Part shown: piece by piece, positions 63,019-64,000 of the stretch | Numbering within the stretch: the first letter of the stretch is position 1 | How the letters are laid out: every line of letters starts with the position of its first letter | Assembly (NCBI GenBank): GCA_038046765.1 | Contig: JBBSVN010000007.1 | Location: 18,102 to 82,101, forward strand | Direction of reading: 5' to 3' | Length of the DNA: 64,000 nucleotides | DNA from: Candidatus Micrarchaeota archaeon | GTDB taxonomy: Archaea; Micrarchaeota; Micrarchaeia; Anstonellales; Bilamarchaeaceae | Program-made: the position numbers and the translations under genes | Notes under the pieces: model-generated | The model's database searches: none | Seen by the model: only the letters and a program-made list of their open reading frames with translations | Told to the model about the DNA's origin: nothing

Positions 63019-64000
63019 TATGCGTATTTGTTTTGTTGACTTATTCATGGATTTAGAATGTAGCGGAGGCAGTATGCACAGTCTTGACCTATACGCTACA
63101 AAACTAGCCGAGCGCGGGCATGAAGTTTCTATACTAACATTTTATCCAAAGCGTAATATCGGTTTTGATCGAACAAAAAAACCATATAAAATAATTGAAG
63201 ATCCTTTAGATATCAAAAGTCATATTGATTTAACACTTACGCTAAAGGATAAATTAAAAAAATACGAAAAAAAGTTTGACATTTACCATATGCATGATCC
63301 AAGGTTGCTTCTTGGTGCAGCACTATATAGAAAGTTTGATGGCAAAATACCTGTTGTAGGGGATCTAAATACATACCTATTTTACCGAAAGAATTTTGGA
63401 GCTACAGATATAATTACCCTTCCAATAAGATTTCTACATAAACAGCGATTACGCTTAATCGATAAATATTGTGATTTACTATTCCCCGTTAGCCCCTATG
63501 TTGAAAATATCTATCGTGAGTATGGGATACGAAAAGAAAAACTTTTCATGATTGGGGACGGGTTTGATTTTAGTAAGTCTAAACTAGCCAAGCGATCGGA
63601 CAAAAAAGAAAATTCATTTCGTTTACTATATTTAGGTCGGCTTGAGCATACTAAAGGAGTTGATCTAATTATAAGGGCGTTGTCCTTAGTAAACAAGCCA
63701 TTAATTAGTCTGGATATTGCTGGAGATGGTCCTGAAAAAGAAAAATTAGTTGAATTAGCTAAAAAACTTGGGATAGAAAAACAGGTAACATTCCATGGAT
63801 TTATAACCAATGAAAAAATGTACAATTTATTTGCAAAATGCGATGTTTTTATTCATGCTCCCCGATGGGAAGAGGCATTTGGACGGGCAATAGTTGATGC
63901 CATGTATGCTGGTTTACCTGTAATTGTTGCGGATATTGGCGGGTGTCCCTGGGTAGCTGGCGAAGGCGGGTTAAAATTTAAAAGCGAGGATGAACTTGAA
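63019..64000 (+). pseudogene. GT4 glycosyltransferase, disrupted by a +1 frameshift in an A8 tract (63174-63181); 3' end beyond the window
   Basis: Frame 1 reads MRICFVDLFMDLECSGGSMHSLDLYATKLAERGHEVSILT... (GT4 N-domain) and stops at TAA 63187-63189. The next frame carries the rest (FRLLYLGRLEHTKGVDL..., PRWEEAFGRAIVDAMYAGLPVIVADIGG) to position 64000. Confidence 0.7.

Noticed and set aside
63511-63825. 104-aa minus-strand ORF
   Set aside because: It is antisense to the C-terminal domain of the GT4 gene, which shows the EX7E-type region (EEAFGRAIVDAMYAGLPVIVAD).
1-64000. Search for a diversity-generating retroelement, retron, integrase/transposase, or rRNA genes
   Set aside because: No reverse-transcriptase, integrase or transposase motifs were seen in any listed ORF. 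No TR/VR-like repeat pairs and no rRNA-like conserved stretches were seen. The only mobile-type elements found are the intein and the 46-nt flanking repeats.

Overview
AT-rich archaeal chromosomal segment. It carries archaea-only translation genes (L31e, L39e, LX, S19e, aIF6, prefoldin alpha, fibrillarin), has very short or overlapping intergenic spacers, and uses GGTG/GGAG Shine-Dalgarno sites. By inference it comes from a small-genome DPANN-type lineage. No rRNA, CRISPR array, transposase, integrase or reverse transcriptase was found.

Layout:
- 0.3-2 kb: a CuA-like cupredoxin lipoprotein and a Fic enzyme with a palindromic operator.
- 2-8 kb: a nine-gene co-directional minus-strand cluster. 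A thiolase and its DUF35 partner are separated by six unknown genes. Four of these are tandem paralogs sharing a ~45-aa N-terminal module with divergent C-termini. This is the best candidate for an undescribed system.
- 9-15 kb: MgtC, CTP synthase, a COG2865/AlbA_2 gene flanked by 46-bp direct repeats, a fused double Lrp, and a stand-alone ThrRS editing domain.
- 15.4-21 kb: the conserved archaeal cluster ftsY-pfdA-LX-aIF6-L31e-L39e-PDCD5-S19e, then fibrillarin.
- 22.2 kb: tRNA-Arg(UCU) with two non-canonical introns.
- 23.7-39.6 kb and 49.5-64 kb: large surface-glycan loci. They include an intein-containing UDP-glucose dehydrogenase, UXS, carbamoyltransferase, epimerases, GT4 enzymes, a flippase, a GT-C enzyme and AsnB.
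- 39.7-48.8 kb: these loci flank a Tad/Epd-like type IV pilus locus with heavily sequon-loaded pilins.
- Window end: a GT4 gene frameshifted in an A8 tract.

All calls rest on motif reading by eye; no database searches were run.
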